64,000 bases of DNA from Escherichia phage AV119, in the sequence record OR352949.1. One strand, written 5' to 3'. Numbering within the stretch: position 1 is the stretch's first letter; every line of letters starts with the position of its first letter. Positions 12,063 through 21,782 of the stretch are shown here, in pieces. Under the pieces are notes generated by a model. It was not told where the DNA came from, did not search any database, and saw only the letters and a program-made list of their open reading frames with translations. Both the position numbers and the translations under genes were made by a program.

Positions 12063-14327
12063 TCATAATTTACAGGATGAACAATCTTCAGCTTTTGGAG
12101 TTTCTATTTCATAATCATCAGTACCAGAACCATCACGGGTATTATGATAATAGAAATTTTTTCCGCCAAAATACCAAAAATACAAAAGGTCATCAATCAT
12201 TATTGACATTGGAACCTTTCCTTTTGGAAAAATCTGCGGGTCATAATATGTATTCGCTGAAGCTGATTGACATACCCATTTCAGCATAATAGCTACCTGC
12301 GTAAGATAAGGTTTATTACCTTTCTTAGCTAATTTCCATGTATAATCATATAGGTCTATGTTATGTTCAATATTGGGCACGACTTGATTAAAGGAACCCT
12401 CTTTTGATTCTTTAACAGAGACTGGTCCACGTGGAGGCTCGATACCGTTTGTACTGTTAGAAACTTGGGAAGATGACTCACATGGCATAAGTGCTGATAG
12501 TGTGCTATTACGGATGCCAAAGAGCTTAAGGTCTTCCCGCAGCGACGACCAGTCACAAACGTATTTTGGAGCTGCGATTTGGTCAATCTTTTTATTGTAC
12601 CAGTCGATAGGTAATTCGCCTCGAGACCAACGAGTGTCTGAATAATATTCGCAAGGTCCTTTTTCTTTGGCGAGCTTAATGGATGCTTTAATGAGTCCAT
12701 ACTGTAATCTCTCAAATAGTTCATGTGTTAAATCGTTAGCATCTTCATAAGAAGCAAAGTTACTTGCCAACCAAGCTGCATAGTTAGTAACACCTACACC
12801 GAGGTTACGACGCTTTTTAGCTTTTTCTGCTTCAGGAACTGGATATCCTTGGTAATCCAAAAGATTATCAAGAGCGCGAACTTGAACTTCTGCCAATTCA
12901 TTAATTTTATCTTGGTCTTGCCAATCGAAGTTATCCAACACAAATGCAGATAACGTGCACAAGCCAATTTCCGCATCAGGACTATTCACATCATTTGTTG
13001 GAATAGCAATTTCACAGCACAAGTTACTCTGACGAATAGGTGCCTTTTCACGAATAAACGGAGTGTAGTTATTCGTATTATCAATGAACTGCACATAAAT
13101 CCTTGCTGTTCCTGAACGTTCAGTCATGAGCAATTCAAATAGTTCACGAGCTTTAATACGCTTTTTACGAATATTAGGGTCTTTTTCTGCTGCTTCGTAT
13201 AATTCACGGAAACGGTCTTGGTCTTTAAAATAAGAATAATAAAGCTCTCCACCCATTTCATGCGGACTAAACAAAGTAATGTAATCGTTCTTTCCGAATC
13301 GTTCCATCATCAAATCATTCAGCTGAACACCATAATCCATATGACGAATGCGGTTTTCTTCTACGCCTTTGTTATTTTTCAAAACGAGAAGATTTTCAAC
13401 TTCCAAATGCCAAATAGGATAATAAGCAGTAGCAGCGCCGCCACGAATTCCACCCTGTGAACATGATTTAACTGCAGTCTGAAAATGTTTCCAAAAAGGA
13501 ATAACACCAGTATGACGTACTTCACCCATGCCAATCTTAGAACCTTCGGCACGAATCATACCAACGTTAATACCAATTCCAGCACGTTTAGAGATATATT
13601 CAACAATTGAAGCGGAAGCCTTATTGATAGACTTCAGCGAATCACCTGCCTCAATAACAACACATGAACTGAACTGACGAGTCGGAGTACGACAACCAGC
13701 CATAATAGGAGTTGGCAATGAAATCTGTCGGGTTGATACTGCTTCATAAAAACGGATAACATGTTTTAATCTATCAACAGGTTCATCTTGATGCAATGCC
13801 ATTCCAATAGCCATAAATGCAAACTGTGGAGTTTCATAAATTTGACCAGTGGTTTTATCTTTAACTAGATATTTTTCTTTTAATTGCATCGCCCCGGAAT
13901 AAGTAAATTCCATATCCCGCTCGTGCTTAATTTTTGATTCTAAAAATGTAATTTCTTCTGCTGAATATTTTGACAATAATTCAGGGTCATATTTACCTGC
14001 ATTTACACAATAAGAAATATGGTCAATAAATGAACGTGGTTCATACTGCCCATAAACATGCTTACGAAGAGCGAACATTAAACAACGTGCAGCTACATAT
14101 TGATAATCAGGTTCTTCAACCGAAATAGAATTCGCAGCAGCCTTAATGACAATAGTCTGAATGTCATCAGTTGTCATTCCATCACGGAGATATGATTTAA
14201 TATTTTCATATAATTCATAAGGATCTACTGATGTTCCCTCAGCTGCCCAAGATAAAACTTTAATAATTTTTTGCGGGTCAAAGCTCTGAGAAACACCACT
14301 ACTTTTGATAACATTAATTAATTGCAT
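12063..14327 (-). CDS. nrdA: ribonucleotide reductase large subunit NrdA
   Basis: 754 aa; class Ia R1 active-site region (NLCCEI, CESS), ATP-cone N-terminus. Confidence 0.93.
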   Translation of the reverse strand: MQLINVIKSSGVSQSFDPQKIIKVLSWAAEGTSVDPYELYENIKSYLRDGMTTDDIQTIVIKAAANSISVEEPDYQYVAARCLMFALRKHVYGQYEPRSFIDHISYCVNAGKYDPELLSKYSAEEITFLESKIKHERDMEFTYSGAMQLKEKYLVKDKTTGQIYETPQFAFMAIGMALHQDEPVDRLKHVIRFYEAVSTRQISLPTPIMAGCRTPTRQFSSCVVIEAGDSLKSINKASASIVEYISKRAGIGINVGMIRAEGSKIGMGEVRHTGVIPFWKHFQTAVKSCSQGGIRGGAATAYYPIWHLEVENLLVLKNNKGVEENRIRHMDYGVQLNDLMMERFGKNDYITLFSPHEMGGELYYSYFKDQDRFRELYEAAEKDPNIRKKRIKARELFELLMTERSGTARIYVQFIDNTNNYTPFIREKAPIRQSNLCCEIAIPTNDVNSPDAEIGLCTLSAFVLDNFDWQDQDKINELAEVQVRALDNLLDYQGYPVPEAEKAKKRRNLGVGVTNYAAWLASNFASYEDANDLTHELFERLQYGLIKASIKLAKEKGPCEYYSDTRWSRGELPIDWYNKKIDQIAAPKYVCDWSSLREDLKLFGIRNSTLSALMPCESSSQVSNSTNGIEPPRGPVSVKESKEGSFNQVVPNIEHNIDLYDYTWKLAKKGNKPYLTQVAIMLKWVCQSASANTYYDPQIFPKGKVPMSIMIDDLLYFWYFGGKNFYYHNTRDGSGTDDYEIETPKAEDCSSCKL

Positions 14328-14644
14328 AAGTCCTCAACTTGAAAATCGTCTTTAAACAATCGGTTAACTATATGAGCTATTATATCACCATGACACGGCT
14401 TTGGTTTACATGTGCATCCTAGCCTCATTCCACGTAAAGGCTCTAAATGTGCTTTAGTTATTTCTCCGGATTTAATTCGACGTATAAAATCTTTTTTGAA
14501 TAATTCAATGGCAGCCTCCCGGCTGCCAGCATCTTTACCGACGTAATTTCCCCAAAATGTACCGCGGTGAATATTGACATCAAAGTCGGATTTATATTTA
14601 TTCACTACCTGGCATAGACGGCCCGCGCGGTGATAATTCGTCAT
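14318..14644 (-). CDS. hypothetical protein (108 aa) with [11 protein letters not shown] motif, nrdA.1-like
   Basis: ORF overlapping nrdA start; Cys/His cluster. Confidence 0.55.
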   Translation of the reverse strand: MTNYHRAGRLCQVVNKYKSDFDVNIHRGTFWGNYVGKDAGSREAAIELFKKDFIRRIKSGEITKAHLEPLRGMRLGCTCKPKPCHGDIIAHIVNRLFKDDFQVEDLCN

Positions 14645-14873
14645 ATTGTTTTTCCGTTAAAACAGTAATATCATAGTAACAATCAGAAGAAGTTTTAACT
14701 GTAGAAATTTTATTATCAAAATACTCACGAGTCATTTTATGAGTATAATATTTTTTGCCATAAATGATAATAGGCTGATTTGGTCCTGGAACTTCTAGCT
14801 CACTTGGATTAGGAAGTGTAAAAAGAACTGCACCAGAAGTATCTTTAAATCGTAAAATCATATATCCTCGCAA
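14598..14873 (-). CDS. hypothetical protein (91 aa), nrdA.2-like
   Basis: co-oriented ORF between td and nrdA. Confidence 0.5.
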   Translation of the reverse strand: MRGYMILRFKDTSGAVLFTLPNPSELEVPGPNQPIIIYGKKYYTHKMTREYFDNKISTVKTSSDCYYDITVLTEKQYDELSPRGPSMPGSE

Positions 14874-14884
14874 TTAAATTGAAA

Positions 14885-15745
14885 TTACACCGCCATCTTT
14901 CCTTTAATTGGCGGGTGAGATACATAGTTGTTAAGAACAAAATTATGCGGCTTTGCGAATTGACTCAACCAAAATACCTGTGATTCTGTACCCCATTCAT
15001 CGAATTCATCTGGAAATTTTAATTGCAATTCGCATAAATCCATAGATTCACGACGCAAAATTTCTTTACATTGTTCTACGTGATTCATATAGATATGAGT
15101 ATTACCACCAGAAAATATCAAATCTCCCGGAATAAGATTACACATCTTAGCTACAATATGAACTAACGCAGCGTATGATGCAATGTTGAATGGCAAGCCC
15201 AAGAACACGTCAACACTTCTTTGATACCACTGTAAATCCAAATAGCCATTACGCACATTAAACTGATAGAACATATGACAAGGAGGTAATGCCATTTGCT
15301 TAAGTTCTGCCGGATTCCATGCTGAAACAATTTGACGCCTATCATTTGGCAGTTTTTTAATACGATCAATAACTTCTATAATTTGGTCTACACCGCCAAA
15401 ATCACGCCATTGTTTTCCATAAATTGGACCAAGTTCACCGCTATGGTATCCTAAATCTTTTGCTTGATTTTCGTAATTTTCATCCCAGACTGTTTTGCCT
15501 TGAATTAATGAATTATGTTGAATTAATCGCAAATCATTTACGTTAGTACTTCCTGATAAGAACCACAATAACTCAGAAATACATGCATTCCAGGCGAGCT
15601 TCTTAGTTGTTACTGCAGGAAAACCTTTAGTTAAATCCCAGCGTAATTTAGTACCGAACAAAGCAATTGTTCCTGTGCCCGTTCGGTCATCAGTTTCATA
15701 GCCATTTTCAAAAATGTCTTTAATTAAATCTTGGTATTGTTTCAT
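14885..15745 (-). CDS. td: thymidylate synthase, uninterrupted (no intron)
   Basis: 286 aa continuous ORF with TS active-site region (PPCH); T4 td has a group I intron at this gene, here the reading frame is intact. Confidence 0.93.
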   Translation of the reverse strand: MKQYQDLIKDIFENGYETDDRTGTGTIALFGTKLRWDLTKGFPAVTTKKLAWNACISELLWFLSGSTNVNDLRLIQHNSLIQGKTVWDENYENQAKDLGYHSGELGPIYGKQWRDFGGVDQIIEVIDRIKKLPNDRRQIVSAWNPAELKQMALPPCHMFYQFNVRNGYLDLQWYQRSVDVFLGLPFNIASYAALVHIVAKMCNLIPGDLIFSGGNTHIYMNHVEQCKEILRRESMDLCELQLKFPDEFDEWGTESQVFWLSQFAKPHNFVLNNYVSHPPIKGKMAV

Positions 15746-15790
15746 TTAGTACCTTATATAAATTATAATACATTTTATGAAGCTAAATAA

Positions 15791-16150
15791 TCAATACGGT
15801 TTAGCATCAAATTTTCTCTCAATTTCAGGCGTGAAATATAATTCTTTACCGCGTTTGGAAAAGCGACCAATAATATGATAATTATTCTCATCAAACGTGA
15901 TATTACCAATATCCATAGCTTTCAACCAAATATCGATATTTCTATCCAGCTTTATGTCAAAATTCCAATACGGAGAACTATTACCGAAAATACTGCAAGC
16001 GGATTCAGTGAAACAACTGCTATAAATCTTGTCTTTAGGAACTACTAATTGATAGACACCTTTAATAAACTGAGGACCCTGCCACTTTGGCTGTTTCGCG
16101 TCTTCTTCTAATAGAATAGGGTAATAATTAAAATTCATATTTTCCGCCAC
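15791..16150 (-). CDS. hypothetical protein (119 aa; GTG at 16150 or ATG at 16138) inserted between frd and td
   Basis: ORF fills a 410-bp interval where I recall T4 frd and td overlapping; no recognisable motif. Confidence 0.5.
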   Translation of the reverse strand: MAENMNFNYYPILLEEDAKQPKWQGPQFIKGVYQLVVPKDKIYSSCFTESACSIFGNSSPYWNFDIKLDRNIDIWLKAMDIGNITFDENNYHIIGRFSKRGKELYFTPEIERKFDAKPY

Positions 16151-16158
16151 GTGTTATT

Positions 16159-16985
<827 letters not shown>

Positions 16986-16996
16986 ATTGCCTCCTA

Positions 16997-17329
16997 TTAA
17001 AAAGGATCAGTAACATATCCGCTAGCTTTAATCATTTTAATTAACGTTAACATTCCTTTGTTAACTGCTCGTGAGATTTCATCAAAAACTTCATCACTAA
17101 AAAGTTCTAACACGCCCTTCTGAACTTTTAATTTACAGCCAACAATTTCGTCATCTCCTATAGTAAATTCGCTTCCGCCAATTCCGCCGAAAAACTTAAT
17201 TACGCCAGTTAACTGTCTTCCACGAGAATATGGGTCGTGTGATAAAGTAATATGAGTCACCCCAGGTACAGTTTTAAATTGGCAGCGGATGTTTACTTGA
17301 GCAATTCCAGTTACATGAATGTCAGACAT
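16997..17329 (-). CDS. hypothetical protein (110 aa), frd.x-like
   Basis: co-oriented ORF. Confidence 0.5.
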   Translation of the reverse strand: MSDIHVTGIAQVNIRCQFKTVPGVTHITLSHDPYSRGRQLTGVIKFFGGIGGSEFTIGDDEIVGCKLKVQKGVLELFSDEVFDEISRAVNKGMLTLIKMIKASGYVTDPF

Positions 17330-17339
17330 ATTATTTTCC

Positions 17340-17582
17340 TCAAACAGACTTTTTCACAATTTTCCAATCAGCTTTAAACTGATCAACATCAGAATGATAA
17401 ATCCAGAATCCTGCGCTTTCTCCGTCTTCATAAAGAGGACATCCATCACATTCATCTTCCCACCCCATATCGCGTAAAAGATGTTCAGCTTTTTCAACAA
17501 GCCCAGAATCTTTACCGATGATATTAAAATACCATTTACCTTTAACTTCTGAATCTTTGATGCTCTGGCGTTGTAATCTCAT
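17340..17582 (-). CDS. hypothetical protein (80 aa), frd.x-like
   Basis: co-oriented ORF. Confidence 0.5.
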   Translation of the reverse strand: MRLQRQSIKDSEVKGKWYFNIIGKDSGLVEKAEHLLRDMGWEDECDGCPLYEDGESAGFWIYHSDVDQFKADWKIVKKSV

Positions 17583-17592
17583 TTTATTCTCC

Positions 17593-17661
17593 TTAGCAAG
17601 CTTTAATCAAAAGATATAAACAGACCAACATAACTGCTGCCATAATATAAGGTGCGAACAT
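17593..17661 (-). CDS. micro-ORF, 22-aa hydrophobic peptide (MFAPYIMAAVMLVCLYLLIKAC)
   Basis: ATG preceded by GGAGAAAAG RBS, downstream of early promoter; not in ORF track (<60 aa). Confidence 0.3.
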   Translation of the reverse strand: MFAPYIMAAVMLVCLYLLIKAC

Positions 17662-17688
17662 TTTCTTTTCTCCATTAGTTTTGATAGG

Positions 17689-17721
17689 GTAATAGTATCA
17701 CACTACTACCCTGTTGTAAAC
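17689..17721 (-). promoter_or_regulatory. early-type promoter
   Basis: minus strand GTTTAC (17721..17716) and TACTATTAC -10. Confidence 0.4.
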
Positions 17722-18086
17722 TACTTTTTGAAAGTTTTTCGCAAAAGTTCAATGATTTCATCTACATTATTTTCGTCAACAATGCAGTGAATTTTTGTTA
17801 CGCCAGAAACCTTGTCTTTAACTTCATCCTCTTCAGAAGTAGGTTCTTTATATTCGCGGAAACAATGAAATTCGTCTTCACAAACGTTAAAGTAAAAATG
17901 CTTTCCATTTGCGCATTCAATGTGTTTTATTACTCTAAATCCATCAACAAAGAAAGCTTCTTTAACTTCAAACCATCCACCATTTTCTTGAATAATTTTA
18001 ACTATTGATGAATTAGAACGTGGGCGATAATTAATAAATGTATCAATAAGTCTTGGAACAAGCTCATACTTTTTGCCAATATACAT
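17721..18086 (-). CDS. hypothetical protein (121 aa), frd.x-like
   Basis: co-oriented ORF. Confidence 0.5.
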   Translation of the reverse strand: MYIGKKYELVPRLIDTFINYRPRSNSSIVKIIQENGGWFEVKEAFFVDGFRVIKHIECANGKHFYFNVCEDEFHCFREYKEPTSEEDEVKDKVSGVTKIHCIVDENNVDEIIELLRKTFKK

Positions 18087-18131
18087 TACGTTTTCCTCAT
18101 TTTAACGGGGCTTGTAATAGCCCCTTGATAA

Positions 18132-18362
18132 TTATTGTTCAATCAATCCCATGTAAAATTCTGCGTCTTCAGAATCCATACCATCACAATATTCATTATC
18201 CATAAAGCGGGTGAGGTCTTCAAGAGGACCTTCAATGACAATAGAAAAATTGCAATAATTGGGATCATCGTGAATACTTGTGATACTAAGTTCAGGATAA
18301 CGATTACGAATAATTTCTTCGATATATTCAAAATCAACGATGTCAATATCAACTTTAGCCAT
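18132..18362 (-). CDS. hypothetical acidic protein (76 aa from MAKVDID; ORF track extends to 18488)
   Basis: internal ATG 18362 preceded by AAAGAGGAAA RBS and by promoter 18403..18435; the longer ORF would span promoter and terminator. Confidence 0.5.
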   Translation of the reverse strand: MAKVDIDIVDFEYIEEIIRNRYPELSITSIHDDPNYCNFSIVIEGPLEDLTRFMDNEYCDGMDSEDAEFYMGLIEQ

Positions 18363-18402
18363 ATTATTTTCCTCTTTAATCATCAGCAGTATTGCCGATA
18401 GT

Positions 18403-18435
18403 TGTATAGTACCATGGAAGGACAAGGATGTAAAC
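18403..18435 (-). promoter_or_regulatory. early-type promoter (GTTTAC-N17-GGTACTATAC)
   Basis: same promoter architecture recurs at 35445, 39083. Confidence 0.45.
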
Positions 18436-18461
18436 CGTTTTGTGAAAAAAATTTTTGAAAT

Positions 18462-18485
18462 AAAAAAGGGGACCTCTAGGGTCCC
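18462..18485 (-). terminator. rho-independent terminator downstream of gene 32 (ggggacc-tcta-ggtcccc + U-tract)
   Basis: 7-bp GC stem with A6 on plus strand preceding. Confidence 0.55.
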
Positions 18486-18508
18486 CAATTAATTAGTAAT
18501 ATAATCTA

Positions 18509-19417
18509 TTAAAGGTCATTCAAAAGGTCATCTAGGTCCGTGTCATCAGCACTAGATGAACTGCCAGAGCTTGAGCTCATAAAATCATCTTCAGTTTTTG
18601 TTTTGAAGTCATCAACATTGAATGCATCCAAATCATCAGCAACTTTATCAGCTTTCTTAGCGGCAGTTGCAGCGGCACCACCCATTGCAGCAGTTCCCAT
18701 AACTTGACTGAACTTAGTGCTCAGTTCTTCAAATGATTTGAATTTATCTTTAGAAGTCATTTCAGAAAGGTCAACCATTTGTTCGAACAGTTCTTTCTGG
18801 AAAGATTCATCGTCAATGTTTGGAATCGCAGATTGATTCAGGAATTTAGATTCGTCGTAGTTACTAAAACCAGAAACTTGTTTAACTTTCAGTACAAAGT
18901 TAGCACCTTCCCACGGGCAAGTTACATCAACCGGAGTTTCACCCATTTCAACATCAACTGCAATCATTGCATTGATTTTATCCCAGATTTTCTTACCAAA
19001 ACGATATTTAAATACTTTACCTTCGTTTTCTGGAGCAGCTGGGTCTTTTACAACAAGAATGTTAGCCCAGTAAGAAGTTTTACGTTTAACAAGACTGTAC
19101 TCTTTATTGTCAGTGTTGTACAGATCATTTTTACTGATGTATTGACATACTGGGCAAGAATCGTAATCACCGTGGGTAGATGAACATGTTTCAATATACC
19201 ATTTACCATTTTTCTTGAAACCGTGATTTACAAGAATTGCGAACGGTGCTTGTTCATCATTTTTAGACGGAAGAAAACGAATTACTGCTTGACCGTTACC
19301 CGCATTGTCGAGTTTCAGTTTCCACTCGCCTTTATCTTCAGAAGAAAAACCACCTTTATTTCCAGCCAGTTTAGCCATTTGTGCAGCGAGTTCAGCAGTA
19401 GATTTACGTTTAAACAT
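18509..19417 (-). CDS. 32: gp32 single-stranded DNA-binding protein
   Basis: 302 aa; acidic S/D-rich C-terminal tail, zinc-binding CxxC; matches T4 gp32. Confidence 0.93.
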   Translation of the reverse strand: MFKRKSTAELAAQMAKLAGNKGGFSSEDKGEWKLKLDNAGNGQAVIRFLPSKNDEQAPFAILVNHGFKKNGKWYIETCSSTHGDYDSCPVCQYISKNDLYNTDNKEYSLVKRKTSYWANILVVKDPAAPENEGKVFKYRFGKKIWDKINAMIAVDVEMGETPVDVTCPWEGANFVLKVKQVSGFSNYDESKFLNQSAIPNIDDESFQKELFEQMVDLSEMTSKDKFKSFEELSTKFSQVMGTAAMGGAAATAAKKADKVADDLDAFNVDDFKTKTEDDFMSSSSGSSSSADDTDLDDLLNDL

Positions 19418-19516
19418 TTTTATTTCCTTTTTAATTTAATTAACAGTTGGTGCTATGACGATGTATGACCTCATAGCTGGTCAGTGAGATAATTATAATC
19501 TATTTATAATAAGCAA

Positions 19517-20170
19517 TTAATACTTACAAGATTTCACAGTTTCAATGAAAACATTTTTAGCTTTCTGTGAATCAATATTTAAAATTTTTCTATAAGCCTT
19601 TAACTTTATAGAATAATTATTCCAGACTAAATTATCAGTCTGTTCATCATGTTTATCAATTATATTTAAAAATGAATCAAGCAAGATAAACGTCTCAAAC
19701 GAAATTATGTTCGATTGCAGAAGTTTAAAAATATAACTTGACTGAACCTTTGAATTATATTCAAAGATTTCTTTAAAAGCAGAAACTTCAACTTTTTTAC
19801 TAAAATAATAAATGTTGCGAATATCTTCTTCAAACTTAAATTTAATTTGCTTTAAGCGTCCGATATATTCACGATAAAACACAAGTGCATCAGCGTCAGA
19901 GATGTCACCAATCCAAGCATCTTGGTTAGCAACCAAATTACTTATAAAAATTAAAGCAAGTTCCTTTAATTTATATTTTTCTGATAACTTCTGGAAAAAA
20001 TACTTATCCCTTCGCTTTTGATAAGCGGCATCAGACACCCGCATGCACCAATTATACTTAATAACATCATACTTTCCATTCATATGTTGTTTTATCATTA
20101 AGTATAATTTATAAACTGATTTACCATCAATGTATCTTTCACCACCAGCAGGCATGCGGAGTTTAATCAT
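19517..20170 (-). CDS. 59: gp59 helicase loader
   Basis: 217 aa, matches T4 gp59. Confidence 0.9.
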   Translation of the reverse strand: MIKLRMPAGGERYIDGKSVYKLYLMIKQHMNGKYDVIKYNWCMRVSDAAYQKRRDKYFFQKLSEKYKLKELALIFISNLVANQDAWIGDISDADALVFYREYIGRLKQIKFKFEEDIRNIYYFSKKVEVSAFKEIFEYNSKVQSSYIFKLLQSNIISFETFILLDSFLNIIDKHDEQTDNLVWNNYSIKLKAYRKILNIDSQKAKNVFIETVKSCKY

Positions 20171-20505
20171 AGTAGAAAATCTAATGTATTAGTTTTTTCA
20201 CAACGAACAACAGAAGGACGTAAAAGATTTTCGTCGATAGCTTCTGACTGAATTTTTTCAATTATACCAGAAGGAATAAATTTAGCAAATTGAGTTTCAG
20301 GAATAGAATTTTCTTCCAAGAATGCTGTCGTAGCTTCAAGATAACTCATTCCAAACTCTTCTACCATTTTTTCAATAATAAATCCATTTTCTTGACGATC
20401 AAGAAGCTTTGCTATTTCATCCTTTTCTTTCTTAATTGAAAGTTCTTTTTCTGAAAGACCGGTCTCATCGACCGGACGAATATCATTTAGAGAAAACTGT
20501 GTCAT
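20167..20505 (-). CDS. 33: gp33 late transcription co-activator
   Basis: 112 aa from MTQFSLND; overlaps gene 59 start. Confidence 0.85.
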   Translation of the reverse strand: MTQFSLNDIRPVDETGLSEKELSIKKEKDEIAKLLDRQENGFIIEKMVEEFGMSYLEATTAFLEENSIPETQFAKFIPSGIIEKIQSEAIDENLLRPSVVRCEKTNTLDFLL

Positions 20506-20752
20506 AAAGTTCAACTACCTCTTCAGTTTCAGCTTCAAACACATCACGATTATCTTTATGATACAAAGCTAATAGACGATTAAACATCTTACCATCAACA
20601 CCAAGTTCATCTTTGGCACGAATTCGAATATCTTTAATCAGTTCATTATAACCGGAAATTTTCAGTTTATGATCAGATGCTTCTTTAATAAATTTAGCCA
20701 AGTCTTCGCCATGGATAGCTTCATCAAATTCAACCATTTCTTTTTTAGCCAT
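20483..20752 (-). CDS. dsbA: DsbA double-stranded DNA-binding protein (late transcription enhancer)
   Basis: 89 aa, matches T4 DsbA. Confidence 0.85.
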   Translation of the reverse strand: MAKKEMVEFDEAIHGEDLAKFIKEASDHKLKISGYNELIKDIRIRAKDELGVDGKMFNRLLALYHKDNRDVFEAETEEVVELYDTVFSK

Positions 20753-20760
20753 TATTCACC

Positions 20761-21678
20761 TCAAAATTCATTAATGCTATTAGTTAATTTAGAAAGACCC
20801 GCTTTTACAAAATATGAATAAATTTTGCCACGCGGTGGTAATTTATATGAATTATAGTAATTCACAATGTTTGAAGCAATATTATCAGGAATATAATCAA
20901 AATCAATTAGAACTAAATTTTCTTTATAACGATTATATTCAGATTCTGTGAGAAGCACCTTAGCTTGCTCACGGTCATTAGCAATAGCTTCAACGATTGA
21001 AGTTTTCATTGAAGGAGTTCGTTCACCTTCAACTCTGGTAAACCAAAAGTCAGATCGTACTTTAACTGAAGCAACGTTATCCTTTTTGTCGCCTTTAAGG
21101 ATTTTAGTCATACAGTCAATTTCAGCAGAACCGCTTTTAATTTTAACCCATTTCTTATGCATCGGTGACCATTGCTTAACATTTGGGTATTTGTGAAGCT
21201 GTGTAAAGTCACCATCCGATGAAATGATTAAAATCTTGTGTCCTTCTAAAGAGAACTTTTTAACAAGAACAGCAATGTGGTCATCTGCTTCATACTTATC
21301 AATATCCATAACAATGTATGGCATATAAGCTTTCAATTCATCTATAACTTTATGACTGGATTCAAAATAACCTTCCCAGTCCCAAGTCGATTCTTCTCGT
21401 GCTTTTCCACGGTTTTTCTTATAATAATAAGCAAAATCACGGCGCCAGTATCCAGATTTCGCGTTATCAATACACAGTACAATTTTAGTGTATCCAAGCG
21501 TTTTTGCTTTTTTGACATTAAACTTAATTGAGTTCAATATCAAATGACGAACCATTGATAAATTAATTTTTTCTTTATCTGGGAAGTTTACTAAAGCAGT
21601 TGAAAGCGCAATTTGACTAAAGTCAATAAAGCAAATTCCTTCTTTGTAATCTTCATCCAGCATCATTTCTAAATCCAT
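20761..21678 (-). CDS. rnh: RNase H / 5'-3' exonuclease (FEN family)
   Basis: 305 aa from MDLEMM; matches T4 RNase H. Confidence 0.9.
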   Translation of the reverse strand: MDLEMMLDEDYKEGICFIDFSQIALSTALVNFPDKEKINLSMVRHLILNSIKFNVKKAKTLGYTKIVLCIDNAKSGYWRRDFAYYYKKNRGKAREESTWDWEGYFESSHKVIDELKAYMPYIVMDIDKYEADDHIAVLVKKFSLEGHKILIISSDGDFTQLHKYPNVKQWSPMHKKWVKIKSGSAEIDCMTKILKGDKKDNVASVKVRSDFWFTRVEGERTPSMKTSIVEAIANDREQAKVLLTESEYNRYKENLVLIDFDYIPDNIASNIVNYYNSYKLPPRGKIYSYFVKAGLSKLTNSINEF

Positions 21679-21740
21679 ATGAACCTCGTTCAATTAGTGA
21701 GATTTCTATTATATACTATCCAAATCTTAAAGTAAACAAG

Positions 21741-21748
21741 TATAAATA
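21741..21748 (+). promoter_or_regulatory. T4-type late promoter TATAAATA upstream of gene 34
   Basis: exact TATAAATA 35 nt upstream of gene 34 ATG; RBS GGAG before ATG. Confidence 0.6.
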
Positions 21749-21782
21749 CTTATTATTGAAAACACAATAGGAGCCCGGGAGA

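Noticed and set aside
12011-12063. Looked for a free-standing homing endonuclease (mobE-like) between nrdA and nrdB
   Set aside because: Only 51 bp separate the two genes; no ORF present.
18363-18488. N-terminal extension of ORF 18132..18488 (and similar TTG/GTG-initiated extensions at 37841..37888, 39058..39150, 48734..48772, 9253..9288)
   Set aside because: The extensions run through a promoter or terminator, or start at non-ATG codons with no RBS, while an internal ATG with a strong Shine-Dalgarno matches the expected protein N-terminus.
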